Source: Octopus vulgaris (taxonomy: Eukaryota). Taken from it: DNA of 64,000 nt. Of this stretch, positions 13,106 to 26,371 are shown piece by piece. Both the position numbers and the translations under genes were made by a program. Where the stretch lies: contig OX597833.1 in the NCBI GenBank assembly GCA_951406725.2, forward strand, positions 57,908,001 to 57,972,000, read 5' to 3'. The notes beneath the pieces were generated by a model. It was not told the origin of the DNA, ran no database searches, and was given only the letters and a program-made list of their open reading frames with translations. The first letter of the stretch is position 1, and each line of letters opens with the position of its first letter.

Positions 13106-15897
13106 AGTAGTTGAATGAATTATCTTATTAAGGATAATTCGAAAGATAACCGATACCTGGATACAAATTCACATCAGAAAGAACACGGTTGAAGCTACGT
13201 CCCTAGGGCATAGACTACGTGCCTTCGTGCGGAAATTTGTATGTTTATTTTAAAATTATAAGTATATGAAAGAATGGAGTTGAACGACTAGTTAACAAAT
13301 ATCCTTTATTCTCGACATATGTTTCGAAGGCTGCATATTCCTAATTCCGAAGAAATAGGGAGTACATTATGCAGATTTCTCATCAGGAAAATCAAGGAAC
13401 TTATGTCGACATCAAAATGCAAAAAAAACTTTTAGCTGACCGCTCTCAAGGAGCCCATGGCGATAATGGGTGTCTCTTTATAAGGAGTGACGTCAGAGTG
13501 GCTGAATGTAGAAGAATCTAGAAGTTTCTAAAGGTTCAAGGGTTCAAACGAAGTAGGAGGAGGGAGGCATAAGAATAGTAAGGTGAGAGAGTGCAGGTCA
13601 TAAGAATGGTGGGTTTAAATGATTTCTCTTATGAATGAGTGTCTGTGTGTGTGACTGTATATAACTGTCTTAATGTATGTATGTGTGTGTCTGAATACGT
13701 GATTGTGTTTGTGGATGGGTAATTTAGTGTTTCTACTTTTGGAATTTTTGGATAAGAACTTTAATCTGTTGGGGTTGGTTTCCGATACTAAGACAGAGTT
13801 TTTATTGTTGTGATAAGTGTAAAAATTGTTGCTGGCTTTGGCCACGATACTATTCATCTTATTATCATTACTATTAGTTGTAATATCGTTGGCAAATTCC
13901 CTGGCTATAGGAATGCTGCGATTGTTATCATCAATAATATAACTGTTATTAAGAATGCTGGTACTATTACCACTAACACCACCACTGTTAATAATCTGGC
14001 TAATGTTATTATCATTATTACTATTGCTAACTATTCGTAGTTCTGTAATTCTTCTGTATTTCCTTCTTGAGCAATTCTAAATACTTGTTTTTTGCTAGAA
14101 GAAATTTGAGGACGACTTGTGGGACATTGTAAGGCCATTAGATTTCGTAAATCGCCCGTTAGGAATAAACACCTTAGATACCTCAACAATATCACCAAAG
14201 ATATAAACAGCTCAGACGCTATCCTGGTCCAATCAGATAAAACCAGGAATACATACAAGCTAGCAAAAAAAACAGTATTTAGAATTGCTCAAGAAGGAAA
14301 TACAGAAGAATTACAGAACTACGAATAAGGATACACTTAGAAAAGCCAACTTGGAAATTAAAAAAATCATGGTTACTCATGGTTTGCAAATGAAAACACA
14401 ACCACTCAACCCAAGGCAACCAAGATTCATCGTCAAGGACCATAAACCAAACTTCCAAACCAACCCAGCATTAAGGCTCATTTGCCCTTCTAGTTCCGAC
14501 ATCGGTTCCATCAGTAAGTACATTTTAGATAAATACATACCTAGATTAGTTAATAAGCTTAAACTCAACATATGGTCTAACTCCACTCAAGTCGTAGAAT
14601 GGTTCTCTTGCGTTTCTAATAAAAATAGCACTAAATTCATTCAATTCGATATTTCCACTTTCTACCCTTCGATAAACCCCAGCGTGCTCAATAAGGCCCT
14701 ATGGCACGCACATAACAAGGCAGGGCTGACAAGGGAGGAAATTAATATAATTCTAGCCGCTAGGAAATCCTTCATTCAATTCGATGATAAGTTATGGGTC
14801 CGTAAGGATACTCCCGACGCGTTCGATGTGCCAATGGGAAGCTCAGATAGCGCCCAGGTAGCCGATTTGGTCGGAATCTATATTCTATATGAATTAGCCG
14901 ACCAATTCCCGGACATCTGCGGCAGTCTGTATTGAGACGATTGTCTTTTTTACCTACAGAATGCCCCTAACAGTAGGATACAGAAGACTAAAAATAGATT
15001 AGTTAGATTTTTCAGCAGGATGGGCATTAGCATAATTTTTGACAACGAACTAACTAAGGCCAATTTTTTAGGTGTTACCTTAAATTTGCATAATAATTCT
15101 TACTTCCCTTACCATAAGCCGTCTACGAATCTAAAATATGTCAGTATTTTCAGTAACCATGCAAAAACTATCACCGATAATTTGGTTAAAAATATATCCT
15201 TAAGACTATCAACGTTATCAGCAAATGTCGACATTTTTAAACAGAAAGCGGAATTATATAATGCCGCCTTGTCAAAGGCCGGTTATAGAGATAAGGTATC
15301 ATATATCGATCCGGCCCATCCTAAACTAATATCTGCCCATCAAGATAAGATAACTTCTAATAATAATATAAATAACATAAATAGTGATTTCAGCTCTAGC
15401 AACGTCGACACAAATATATTTTACAATAATAATTTACGGACCAGGGGAGGCCAGCGTAAACCAAAACCCATTCTACAACACAGAAATATACCCTTTAATG
15501 TAAATGTCAACACTCAGCCATTCCAAGAACAAAAAAACTATATCTGGTTTGTGATTCCTTTCGGGAGACAAATCAGGTCTAATCTCCCTTTACAATTCCG
15601 TGAAGCCGTTGCTAAGAATTTTCCTAGGAATCCTAGATACTACTCCACTATAAATTCGCATAAAGTAAGAATAGCATTCTCAAATACTAAAAATCTTTCG
15701 CAGATAATAGCTTCCCACAATAATAAGCTGCTAAATAGGGTCTCATCACCCATGAGTAGCGACACCGCCCTTACCCATTCCAACGTAAAATACAATAATT
15801 ATAATAATAGAAGTAGTATGGATATTAGCAACATTCATAGCAGCATTAGCGTTAGCAATAGTAATAATGATAATAACATTAGTCAGATTATTAACAG
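13105..15897 (+). mobile_element. Penelope-like retroelement A: RT on + (14098-15897) with an inverted 3' segment/pLTR upstream (13105-14033)
   Basis: RT motifs LRLICPS, FIQFDISTFYPSI, FDVPMGSSDSAQVADLVG, LY*DD and FLGVTLNL...YHKP. 13985-14030 is the reverse complement of 15851-15897. Confidence 0.88.
13304..13396 (-). ncRNA. Type I hammerhead ribozyme motif with extended stem II
   Basis: Minus strand: CTTGATTTTC-CTGATGA-[GAA.CTGCATA..CCTA.TTC TTCG GAA.TAGG..TATGCAG..TTC]-GAAAC-ATAT-GTC-GAGAATAAAG. Stem III is the palindrome ACATATGT and the cleavage triplet is GUC. Confidence 0.8.
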
Positions 15898-16645
15898 AAA
15901 TTATGCTTTCTGTTGTATTCGTGAAATGAAGAAAGGTCAATTTGTAGAAATGATATAATGAATAATAACAGTCAATATCTATATCCAATCTCTATCCAAG
16001 CTTCTCAGAATGGTAAATATATGGCAACGAATAGTATATACAGAGAGAGTGTCACTTTTTGTGCAAGTGTTCCTTTCTGGAAACTAGGTCCTATTGGAAT
16101 GCTGGAAGTTGTAAAGGGATTAGTAAAGTAAATTAGTCGAGATTGAAGAAGTAAAATAATTCAGAAATAATAAAAACTGTTTTGGGAATCTCAGAAAATA
16201 ATATCAACGCCCGTTAATGTCACCAACTGAGTAAAAGTGAAAGAATTCTCTGAAAACACGTCACATCTGATTGACCAAATCGAATGCTGGTGAATCGGTA
16301 TTATGTGTCAAAAGGGCAAAGTAACACATCGCTCTATTGTTATGTCAGATACTTTCACTTTAATATTGAAACTATTAAAATGAAACTATTATGTAACAGG
16401 GATGAACTGTAACTGGACATACATTCTGCTAGACATGCTTAGGGTCCATGTAGTGTCATGAGCAAAAAAACAAATTGACTTCTTGCCTAGGGCGAGCCAA
16501 CAGCAATATCGTATCTTCTCTACTATTTCAGTATTACGTGTCAAAAGTGAAAGAAAAACATTTCTCTGTTGTAATGTCAGATACTTAAATACTGAAACTA
16601 TTATATAACAGGGAGGGCAGTAACTGGACATCCATTTTGCTAGAA
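15897..16645 (-). promoter_or_regulatory. Orphaned promoter block of copy 1
   Basis: Homologous to 34217-34975. It retains TTCTCAGAA 16002-16010, AAAAGTGAAAG 16233-16243 and TTCTCTGAA 16246-16254, but abuts Penelope sequence where exon 1 should be. Confidence 0.5.
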
Positions 16646-16745
16646 GAAGATCCGCTATGGTCTTATATGCTACACCACTGGTTTTAAATTCTTACTCATC
16701 AAATTAATATTCAATTTTTCACTCTTATTATTTTAAATTTCAATT

Positions 16746-16819
<74 letters not shown>

Positions 16820-16850
16820 CATGTATACATATAGATGTATATATATATAT

Positions 16851-16914
<64 letters not shown>

Positions 16915-16940
16915 TTTATTTTAAGCAGCAGAAAATTCAA

Positions 16941-16990
16941 CAAAATCTGTTACTCTGAGTTTCTCGTTGCCGTTCATCAGACAGTTTTTG
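16941..16990 (-). ncRNA. Minimal type I hammerhead motif at the 3' end of Penelope B
   Basis: Minus strand: CAAAAACTGT-CTGATGA-ACGGCAACGA-GAAAC-TCAGA-GTA-ACAGATTTTG. Stem I is CTGT/ACAG and CAAAA/TTTTG. Confidence 0.7.
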
Positions 16991-17129
16991 CTAGAATGGA
17001 ACTTATATATTAATTCAATCTATACTCTTACAAACGCTACACCTTTAAAAAGAAATGGACTTGTTTGATTGGCCCTTTAGAAAAAACGGTCAATCTTCGA
17101 GCGATAAACAAAATGGTCAAAAATATATG

Positions 17130-19764
17130 ATTGATTGATTGATTGATTGATTCTAGTTTCAGCTTATGAGCTGTGGCCATGCTGGGGCACCGCCATTTGG
17201 TGTTGCTACTTGGTTTCACTTCATGGAGGCTTTCTAGCAACTGCTATTTGGTGCATGAGAGAGTTCGATGCAGCTGCCCTCATCTGCCCCTCCTGCCGTG
17301 AAGTTGGTTCATCTGGGACACCTGACAGGAAGAGATCCAGCTTCATTTTAAAGACATCTGTATCCACCCCATGCAGGTCTCTCAGGTTCTTCGGGAGGAT
17401 ATTGAAGAGCTGTGGGCCTCGGAAGCCCAGGCTATCACAGAATCTTGTCCTACATCTTGATGGCAGGTTTGGAGTCCTAGGCACCACGCAGTGGCGCCCA
17501 GTTCTGGCATTTGCGTAACTCTCGATGCCAAAGTTCAGGACACTTCCCTCCAGGATCTTCCAGATGTATATTATGGCATATCTTTCCCGCCTACGCTCCA
17601 GGGAATATAATTTTAATCTCTTGAGTCTTTCCCAGTAGCTTACATTCTGCATAGAGGCTATCTTCTTCGTGTAGCTTCGTTGGATCGCCTCAAGTTCTGT
17701 GATCAACTTGACACTGGATGGTGACCATAGCTGAGAGCAATAGTCAAAGTGGCTTAGGACAAGTGTCTTCCAGAGGACCATCATGGTTTCTTGTTCTCTT
17801 GTTCTAAAGGTTCTAAGAATCCATCCAGCCAGCCGTCTACATTTCATTGTCAGTTTAGCAACATGTACATGAAAGGTCGCGTCATCACTCATGTGAATAC
17901 CCAGGTCACGCACTGATTGTGCCTCTGGGATTGCAATCCCTCCGGGTCCAGTGTATTCATTGGGTATTGCATTCAGTTTTGCATGCTGATAGTATAAAGC
18001 TTGAAACTTTCCAGCATTGAACTGCATGCTATTCTTTTCAGCCCACTTGTATATTTCGTCCAGCTCACATTGCAGGTGTTTAGTGTCCTCAGGGCTCTGT
18101 ATTGCCTGTGAAACTTTTGTATCATCTGCATAACTTGTGATCGTGGCTCTCTGCGTGGCTGAGGGCATGTCTGAGAGGGCCATAATGAACAGTAGTGGTC
18201 CCAGAACAGTGCCCTGCGGAACACCGCTCACTATTTGTGTGTTAATGGAGGTGGCCCCATTGGCTACTACCACCTGACTTCTATCCTTCAGAAACTCATG
18301 AAGCCATTCTCCCAGTTTTCCAACTATGTTGAGATCACGCAGTTTGTGACATATCATTCCATGATCGACTTTATCAAAGGCCTTTGCAAAGTCGAGATAT
18401 ATCACTTCCACATTTGAGTGGTTGAGCAGCCGTTTCAGCACCCAGTCATAGTGTTGTAGGAGCTGAGTTAAACAGCTTCTCCCTGGTCGGAAACCATGTT
18501 GGGTGTCGGGCAGCAAGTCATTCTCTTCAAGGAAGGTGATCAGCTTCCTTCTGACTATTCGTTCCATGACCTTGCTGATGTGTGAGGTCAGAGAGATAGG
18601 TCTATAGTTCTTGGCTTCCGCTCTGCTACCTCCTTTATGAATGGGGCATATTTTACCTTCCTTCAGTTTTCCTGGAAGTTTGCCAGCTGCAAGGAAGCTC
18701 TGAAAGAGGAACTGCAGTGGTCTTGCTAGGACTCTCTTACATGCTTTTAGGAGGATTGCCGGGAATCCATCGGGGCCAGTAGCTGAGTCTGTTTTCATTT
18801 CATCTATAGCCTTGGTTACATCGCCTTCCTTTATATCGATGTAATCTATCGTCGCCGCCTCTGATTTTATATCTGCAGTGGTAAAAAAGTCAGTTGGATT
18901 GGTGATTTGGAGATGCCCAAGGGGTGGAGTGAAAACACTCTTGAATTGCTCATTCAGTATTTCACTTACCCTCATTGGTTTTCCTGTAAGTGTGCCATCC
19001 TTTTCGAGGAGTGGCCCTATTCTACAGTGCACTGTAGCTGTTTCTTTGGCATACCTGTAGAAAGCTCTGGGGTTAGATTTTATGTTTTCTATAGCCCAGG
19101 CTTCTTTGTCTGCTCTTTCTTTTTCATGGGAGAGTTGCAGACATTTTTCGATTTCCAACAGTTTTATTTTTAGGCGGGACTTTTCACTGCTTTCAATCTG
19201 TTTGTTTAGGCGATTTGAAAATTTCGTACGCCGTCTCATTAAAATTTTCCTCTCTCTGGGGATTTTGTTCTTGTGTACAGTGGCCTTTCTCTCTGGGACA
19301 CATTTGTAGCATATGGCTTGCATTACAGACATGAATTGTTGAAGTTTCACGTCGATGTCTGGCGAGGAGAGACATTTAGGCCAGTTTTGTTTGAGGATCT
19401 CTTTCTCAATTTGTTTCCAGTTTGCCTTATGGTAGTTCAAGCTGGAAAGATTTTGAGGGTTTCTTGTAGGCTGCATGTCCGTGCTCTCTTTTGGCCCGTA
19501 CATGGTCAGCTCTATCATGTTGTGATCCGAGAGTAGTGTCGGTGTCACTTTCACATTATGGATGAGATCCATGTCATTTGTGAAGCAGAGATCCAGTGTG
19601 TTACCTGCCCTGGTTGGTTGGAGTATTACCTGCTCCATGTACAGGGTGTTGATGAGGTTCAGGAGGGACCTCGCCTGTCCTCGTTCACATCTTGTCATTC
19701 CTGGGAGAGAAAGGCCCTCGGGCCATCTGACATTGGGCAGATTGAAGTCTCCCATAAGAAGCAC
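17130..19764 (-). mobile_element. CR1-group non-LTR retrotransposon, 5'-truncated, uninterrupted 847-aa ORF2 remnant
   Basis: C-terminal APE motifs GDFNLP and PTRAGNTLDL. RT motifs NYRPISL, QHGFRPGRSC, YLDFAKAFDKVDH, GVPQGTVLGPLLF and YADD. (AATC)n tail. Candidate TSD ATATATG at 17123-17129 and 19765-19771. Confidence 0.93.
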
Positions 19765-21968
19765 ATATATGTATATATATATAAAAAAACTTTATAATTA
19801 TAAAATCCGAGAAAAAAACCGAGGAAAAAACCTATTGCCGTTAATGAAGACAGTGCAAATTGATGCATAGAAATTAAACCTGTTATAAATACTGCAATAC
19901 ATATTTATATTAAAATCTACATATATATATCAACATACACAAAAGGATGCGCGTAAACGCCATACATACATATACAGACGTATGAATATGAATCTAAATA
20001 TACACATAAAAGCATGTGTACATATATTCACGCAAACCGTCTCGCACGCAAGCTAAAATTCATCTATGTAGCAATTCTCATATACTGAGCAAGGAGGGGG
20101 AACGAAAGAAAGGGAAAGAGAGAAAAAGGAACGAAGGAGGGGTGGGGAAAAAACTTGTAACGATGTTATTGGCATCTATAGAGACCAGTATACATACACA
20201 AGTTTGAATGGATACATATACATACCGTCGTGTATATGTGTGCTTAAGCACAAACATACTTTCACTTACACATACACAGATACGCATGCTTACAAATACA
20301 TATGCTTTGCTATACACATACTTATATAAACATTCTAATTTTGACAACATTGCTTTTTTTTTAAAAAAAACATTGCTTTTAAAAAATGGGTGCATTAATA
20401 AAAATATATACGAAAGACATATAAAATAAAATATAACATCCTATTTTGGGTCATTTATAAATAATCAAGGTAATATAAATAATCAAGGTAATCCTATGCA
20501 ATACAATAACATGAAAACAAAGTTTGTAGGTTTTTCCTAATATATATGTAGAAACATAAGACTTTGCTATACGGATTAATATCCGCGTAGCTTGGAAACA
20601 GAATCAAAATCCGTCGTAGCGCTCAAGAGTCAAAATCAAAATCAAAAATCAAAAATACAAAATATATACTCTATCCATATGGTATATTTATATTCGACAT
20701 TTTAAATTTAGCCGCGTGCCTACATAAGTTCATTAACTCACTTCTTTGATTCAAAGAATTATTGTCTTTGAATAAGATGTGCATTTTTTCTAATAGGCAA
20801 AGTCTGCACTTGAAATTATATTTGTAAGCCCCATGCCTGTATGGTGCCGCCTTGTCCAGAATGCTCCATGTCACGTTGAAAGGTGGGGCTTCCTTTTCTT
20901 TTAGTTCCCAGACATATTTTGCTAGGCTGGTTTTCTTCCTATTCTCTGGGTATTTAAAAGAATTTTTATGAGAATAAAATCTTGTTTTAAATGAATTTTC
21001 TGAAGCCCCTGTGTATGTCTTGTATTCCGATGAGCCTTCCACTTGCACCTTGGCTCTATAAACTACTCCTTTCACTAGACATTTCCCTTCTAACGGACAG
21101 GAGCTTTCGTTTTTGAAATTACATTTCTTAATGGGCTCGGCACCATGTCTAATCTCAATTAGCTTCCTATTATGTTGGCTAATGTAAGAGGCGAAATTTC
21201 TGCAACAAGAATAGCTAACCTTCAGGGTTCTTCTATTAAATATTCTGTAGAATTTATGACCCTGCTTAAAATGCTTAAAATTCCTTACCTATATTAGTCT
21301 TTACGGCCAAATTGAAAGCCGGGTTGAACCACAAAACTTTCCTGGTCCTAGTTCTTCGTGCAGCATTATTATTAGCATTAAGCTGGTTGAACTGGATCTT
21401 CTCCGAGAATCCACTATTCTTTAATGCGCTATCGTAATAAGGTGCAGCATTATGGAATGCTGCCTCGTCCGAAGAAATTGAAGATATTCTTCTACCTACA
21501 TTGCTGACTAAGTTGCTAAGGATAACTGGTGGATGGTTCGAATCTTTGCTAATATACGATAGCTTTTCATTGGGTTTACGGAAAGGTTTAAATCTATCCG
21601 ATCTTACATTAAAATTTACGTCTAAAAAATCTACACTATTCAGGTTAGCATCTATCGTAATCCGTAAGCCCATCCTTTGAAAGAAAGCTATAAGGTCCTT
21701 CCTAAGTCTATCTGATTCATGGCCGTTTAGATTATGCGTGGCTATAAGGCCGTCATCCCTCTATAAACCTGCATCTATAAATGGGAATTCTATTTTTAGA
21801 TTATGGAGAATAAAGGCTCCTATGAGCATACATAATTCAGCCCCGTCGTATGCCCCCATCGGTACATCGAAAAGAGAATCCTCAGTCTTCTTAATCCAGG
21901 TGGAATCCTCGAAAAAAAGAAGCGATTTCCTCGCATGCATAATAATTTCAATATATATATATATATAT

Positions 21969-22008
<40 letters not shown>

Positions 22009-22181
22009 CAAGTTGTGTGTGTGAGACTCTGTCTCCTCCGATTTAGATTCCCAACTACTCCTACATTTTGCGGTGCAGTTTAACCAAAAGCGGGTATGTT
22101 ATAGTCGTTTTAAAGATGTTTTATAAACACATTCTACCAGTATACGAAGTTTAAAAGTGTTTAGTTACTCTCTCTCTCTCT

Positions 22182-22396
22182 CTTACTCTTTTACTTGTTA
22201 CAGTCATTTCACAGCGGCCATGCTGGAGCACCGCCTTTAATCAAGAGACTCGACCCCGGGACTTATTCTTTTGTAAGCCCAGTACTAATTCTATCGCTCT
22301 CTTTTGCCGAACCGCTAAGTGACGGGGACATAAACACGCCAGCATCGGTTGTCAAGCAATGCTAGGGTGACAAACACAGACACACAAACACGCACA

Positions 22397-22440
<44 letters not shown>

Positions 22441-22630
22441 CATACGACAGGGTTCTTTCAGTTTCTGTCTACCAAATCTACTCACAAGGCTTTGGTTTGC
22501 CCGAGGCTATAGTAGAAGACACTTGCCCAAGGTGCCACACAGTGGGACTGGACCCAAAACCATGTGGTTGGTAAACAAGCTACTTAACATGTGGTTGGTA
22601 AGCAAGCTACGTACCATACAGCCACTCCTA
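22182..22630 (-). mobile_element. SINE inserted in a MITE (paralogs ~36165-36593, ~52415-52841)
   Basis: Same family as 2848-3253, with an internal duplication of CATGTGGTTGGTAA.CAAGCTAC. Confidence 0.85.
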
Positions 22631-22721
22631 CGTGTAAATTATTTTTAAAAAACTGCCATTCAAACCAAAAAGATCCAATGTCATTTATAAACGAGTAACC
22701 TGCATACGTTTATTAAATACC

Positions 22722-22985
22722 TAGGAGTGGCTTTGTGTTAAGTAGCTTGGTTACGAACTACATGGTTCTGAGTTCAGTCCCACTGCGTGGAACTTTGGGA
22801 GGTGTCTTCTACTATAGCTTCGGGCCAACCAAAGCCTTGTGACTGGATTTGGTAGACGGAAAGTGAAAGAAGCCCGTCGTATATATGTATATATATATGT
22901 ATGTCTGTGTATGTGATTGTCCTCCCAACATCGCCTGACAACCGATGCTGGTGTGTTTACATCCCCGTAACTTAGGGGTTTGTAA
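22722..22985 (+). mobile_element. SINE, 3'-truncated (paralogs ~36784-37104, ~53032-53341)
   Basis: Head AGGAGTGGCT...GTTCAGTCCCACTGCGTGG. Confidence 0.8.
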
Positions 22986-23045
22986 CTAATTGGTAAAATC
23001 ATTAATTATTAATTAATTAATTAATTTTACCCTTTATTGTTATTG

Positions 23046-23132
<87 letters not shown>

Positions 23133-23134
23133 AA

Positions 23135-23965
23135 AATAATAATATTAGGGAGTATAACTCCAAACTTACAGGGAAAAATTCAGCTTAGTATTAACTTAAA
23201 TTTCACAGTATAGGGATATAAAATATGAATTAGAGATAAAACCACTATTATGCAAATCAAGCAGTGATAGACATAAACCAATACATAAATATTTTATTTT
23301 TTAAATGTATTTCATAAGTATATTATATTGATATTTATAATATTTATGTAAGTAATAATAGACTAATTAATTAATTTATTTTTCATTATATGTCTTTATA
23401 TTTATTGATAAAGTAAATTTTAGATTTTAATTACTATATTTGTTGATTATAATTTAGATAATTATTTTTAAATATTTTATAATTATTAGATATGAACTTA
23501 AATTTTAAAATATGAATAGTGATTATTTTGTTAAATAATTTGGTAATTAGATATTGGACTATAACTGAGTTAAGGATATTCGAGAGTTTATTATGTTTTT
23601 TTAAAACTATATTATATCTTCATAGATAAATACATATTTCTATCTATTTTTTTTACCTTAAAAATAAATATTTAACTTAATAAATGTGTTGTAGGAAATA
23701 ATCCTAATGATTTAAGTTTCTAATTTAGATAATAGAGATTTTTTTTTAAGAAAAATTATTATTTTATTTATTTCTTAAATAAATATTGATAAACTCTATT
23801 TGCTTATTTATTTAACTATTATCATTAACCTGAAGATTGACTGTAATTTTAATTTGAATTTATTTCAATTGAATTTAAACTTAATTGTACTTCAAATTTA
23901 ATTGTAGCCATGAAACGTACCTTAGTGTTCTTACTTATATTATATTTATAATTCATTTTATCCGT
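23135..23965 (+). mobile_element. Extremely AT-rich interspersed element flanked by (TA)n, probably a Penelope-derived pLTR (paralogs ~39330-40145, ~55568-56383)
   Basis: Bounded by TA microsatellites and ends in a hammerhead-like motif. Confidence 0.45.
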
Positions 23966-24428
23966 TTTGAAATATATATATATATAGATAGATATATATA
24001 TACATATATATATATATATAAATACTCTTCAATACCTTTACAACTGCTTCCTTGTCCACTGAATACCTTTCATCATACACTACACGAAGCATTAAGTTAC
24101 GTCGAACTTTGAAATTCTGCAGCCAACCACCACTATAATGACACTTATATTTTAGTTTAAGTATTTTGTGAGTCTAGAAGGTTTGTTTCTTCAATATTAG
24201 ATCTGCATACAACTCATCACTTTCCCTTATACGTATCCTATGGGATCAAATTCATCAGAAATTCATCTAATTTCGATTGTTTTTCATCTTTCATTGTTTT
24301 CTTCTTATACATCTGTTTCTTTGAATAATTTTTAGGAAAAAAACAATCAAACACAACTGTATACTTTTACTTTTATTTTATTTCAATTTTTATTGTCAAT
24401 TGTGGAAAATCCAGTGCTGTTACAGGCA

Positions 24429-25352
24429 TCTTGTAGACACAATGCTATTGTTACTAACCTGCCGTCACTCAATCCGAACCCGGGACCCTACTAAGTCGAG
24501 CGACGACGATTGACAAGGCTCAGTCGAACGGAATCCGCCATAGAGAAAATGGTGGTGGGGGATGGCAGCGAACTCGAACCGGCGACGAAGAAGAGAGAGA
24601 GAGAGAGACGGCGGAAGGCATTTGCTTTACGTTTAACAACAGTTTATACAATTATTACAACATCAAATAAAACGTGAAACATATCAGATACATTTAAGAA
24701 AATAACATGCAACAGAATTAAAATAAAGAAAGCAACAAAAGGCATGCACAATACAGAACGTCCGGAAACAATCAAAACATTAATGTTTTGATGCAATATA
24801 GAGTTCGAAACAGTTCAACATTAAAGTCTTTCACTTTCTTTCTTTTTCTCTTTAACACAATGTTCTTTTTTCTTTCTTTTCTTCCTCTTTTCCTCAATTC
24901 ACAGTTCTCTTTTTTTGACACAATTCTTTTTCTTTTCAACAATTCTTTTTTTCGACACAGTTCACAATTTAAACATAAACAAAAGATACCGTTACAAACT
25001 CCTACTACAATAGCCATGCCTTTTCGCCGTAATCCCTCTCTTTCGCTCTACATGTCCCCAATGCTATCTGCCTGTCTTTCTCACCACGCCTGTCCACACT
25101 GTCGTAGCCTCTCCAGACTGCACCTGTTGCCAACTCACTGTCTCAGGCAGAACTTACCAACAATCTCACAGCTCGCCGCATTTTAATGGGTCGTTTCTTA
25201 AACTTTGCTTGACCGGAAAAGGGTCAGAGGTATTTTCCAAACTCATTAATTTCTCTAAAAATTGACAGAACAAAGTGTTTTTCCGTCTGCTTGGAGCCAA
25301 ACCACGAAACCAGGCCACAAGCACTCTTTCTCCGAATGACCCCCGTATCACT
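24429..25352 (-). mobile_element. Gypsy LTR remnant (paralogous copies at ~40650-41580 and ~56938-57868)
   Basis: Same sequence as 5224-6143 but without the pol fragment. Confidence 0.6.
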
Positions 25353-25761
25353 ATTAAATTTCTTTTCAAATCTTCGAATTTATTTTTAATGAAAAATTTC
25401 CGATATTTTCAGTATATGAAATGAAATAAATTTCCTTTATTTATTGGGAAAATGGCAGGGGTTAGACATGAACGAGATATTATAAGAAAGAGGAGAACAA
25501 ATTGGAATAGCTTGTTTGTGTTTGTAAGTAATGTTAACCAAGTGATGCTGCATTGAGCTTATGCTAAATGTTGGAACAATGGTATCAGGTTTCATGTCTG
25601 TTTGGCAACCTAGTTTACACACATCGATGCAATTGAAAATACATTTGTCAATCTGTAGTGAAATATGTTGACCATTGATATTAGAAGTCATTGAGAGGAG
25701 TCTGTTGGTGTGTGTGTGTTTATGTGAAATTGCTAAGGTTAATAAAATGTATGTATGTATG

Positions 25762-25838
<77 letters not shown>

Positions 25839-26087
25839 GGAAAAAAGTCAAGGTAGAAAATGCTAAAATAATTATATAAAAAAAACATTTCATTACTGGT
25901 TTCTGTCATTGAGACTTTTTCAACTGTAAGTATGGAAAACAATTAAATTTTGAAAAAATTATATGAAAAGTACTTTAAAAGAATATTTGCATAGTATTCA
26001 AATACAAGGGACATTTTCCGTGTTTCTGCCTGTCTCTGTCTCTCTTGTTTACTCTTGGGGGTTCGCGGTCATTGTGAGTTCTTGGCA

Positions 26088-26141
26088 AAGAAGAAGAAGA
26101 AGAAGAAGAAGAAGAAGAAGAAAGAGGAGGAGGAGGAGGAA
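26088..26141. repeat. (GAA)n(GGA)n microsatellite (longer at 42305-42393 and 58569-58660)
   Basis: Direct reading of the sequence. Confidence 0.95.
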
Positions 26142-26371
26142 ATAATGTGGGAGTGCTATGATCGTAGTAGGATGTTAAATGGCGTTTTGCCCAGTAAGTG
26201 GATTGTTGTGGATGGTAGTAGTGATTGAATCCTTGTGATATCTCTTTTGAATGTATTGTTTATAATATTTTCGTAGGTGTTATTCTAAACAGCAGTAGTA
26301 GTAAAGTAAGGAAGGAGGTGGCGGAGAGGAAGAGGAAGGCGAAGAAGAAGAAAGAGACAGAATTATAAGAG

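Larger units (their letters stand above)
16915..21950 (-). mobile_element. Penelope-like retroelement B (5'-truncated RT + GIY-YIG endonuclease + 3' tail), interrupted by a LINE
   Basis: RT fragments FDVPMGAYDGAELC, GLYRDDGL, VDFLDVNF and PFRKPN...SNHPP. GIY-YIG ORF 20671-21075 (GVVYRAKV...YTGASENSFKTRFYSH...CRLCLLEK). Flanked by (TA)n on both sides. Confidence 0.88.

Noticed and set aside
24788-25186. Recurrent 98-149-aa Phe-rich ORFs
   Set aside because: They are T-rich LTR-remnant sequence, and the frame is broken differently in each unit.
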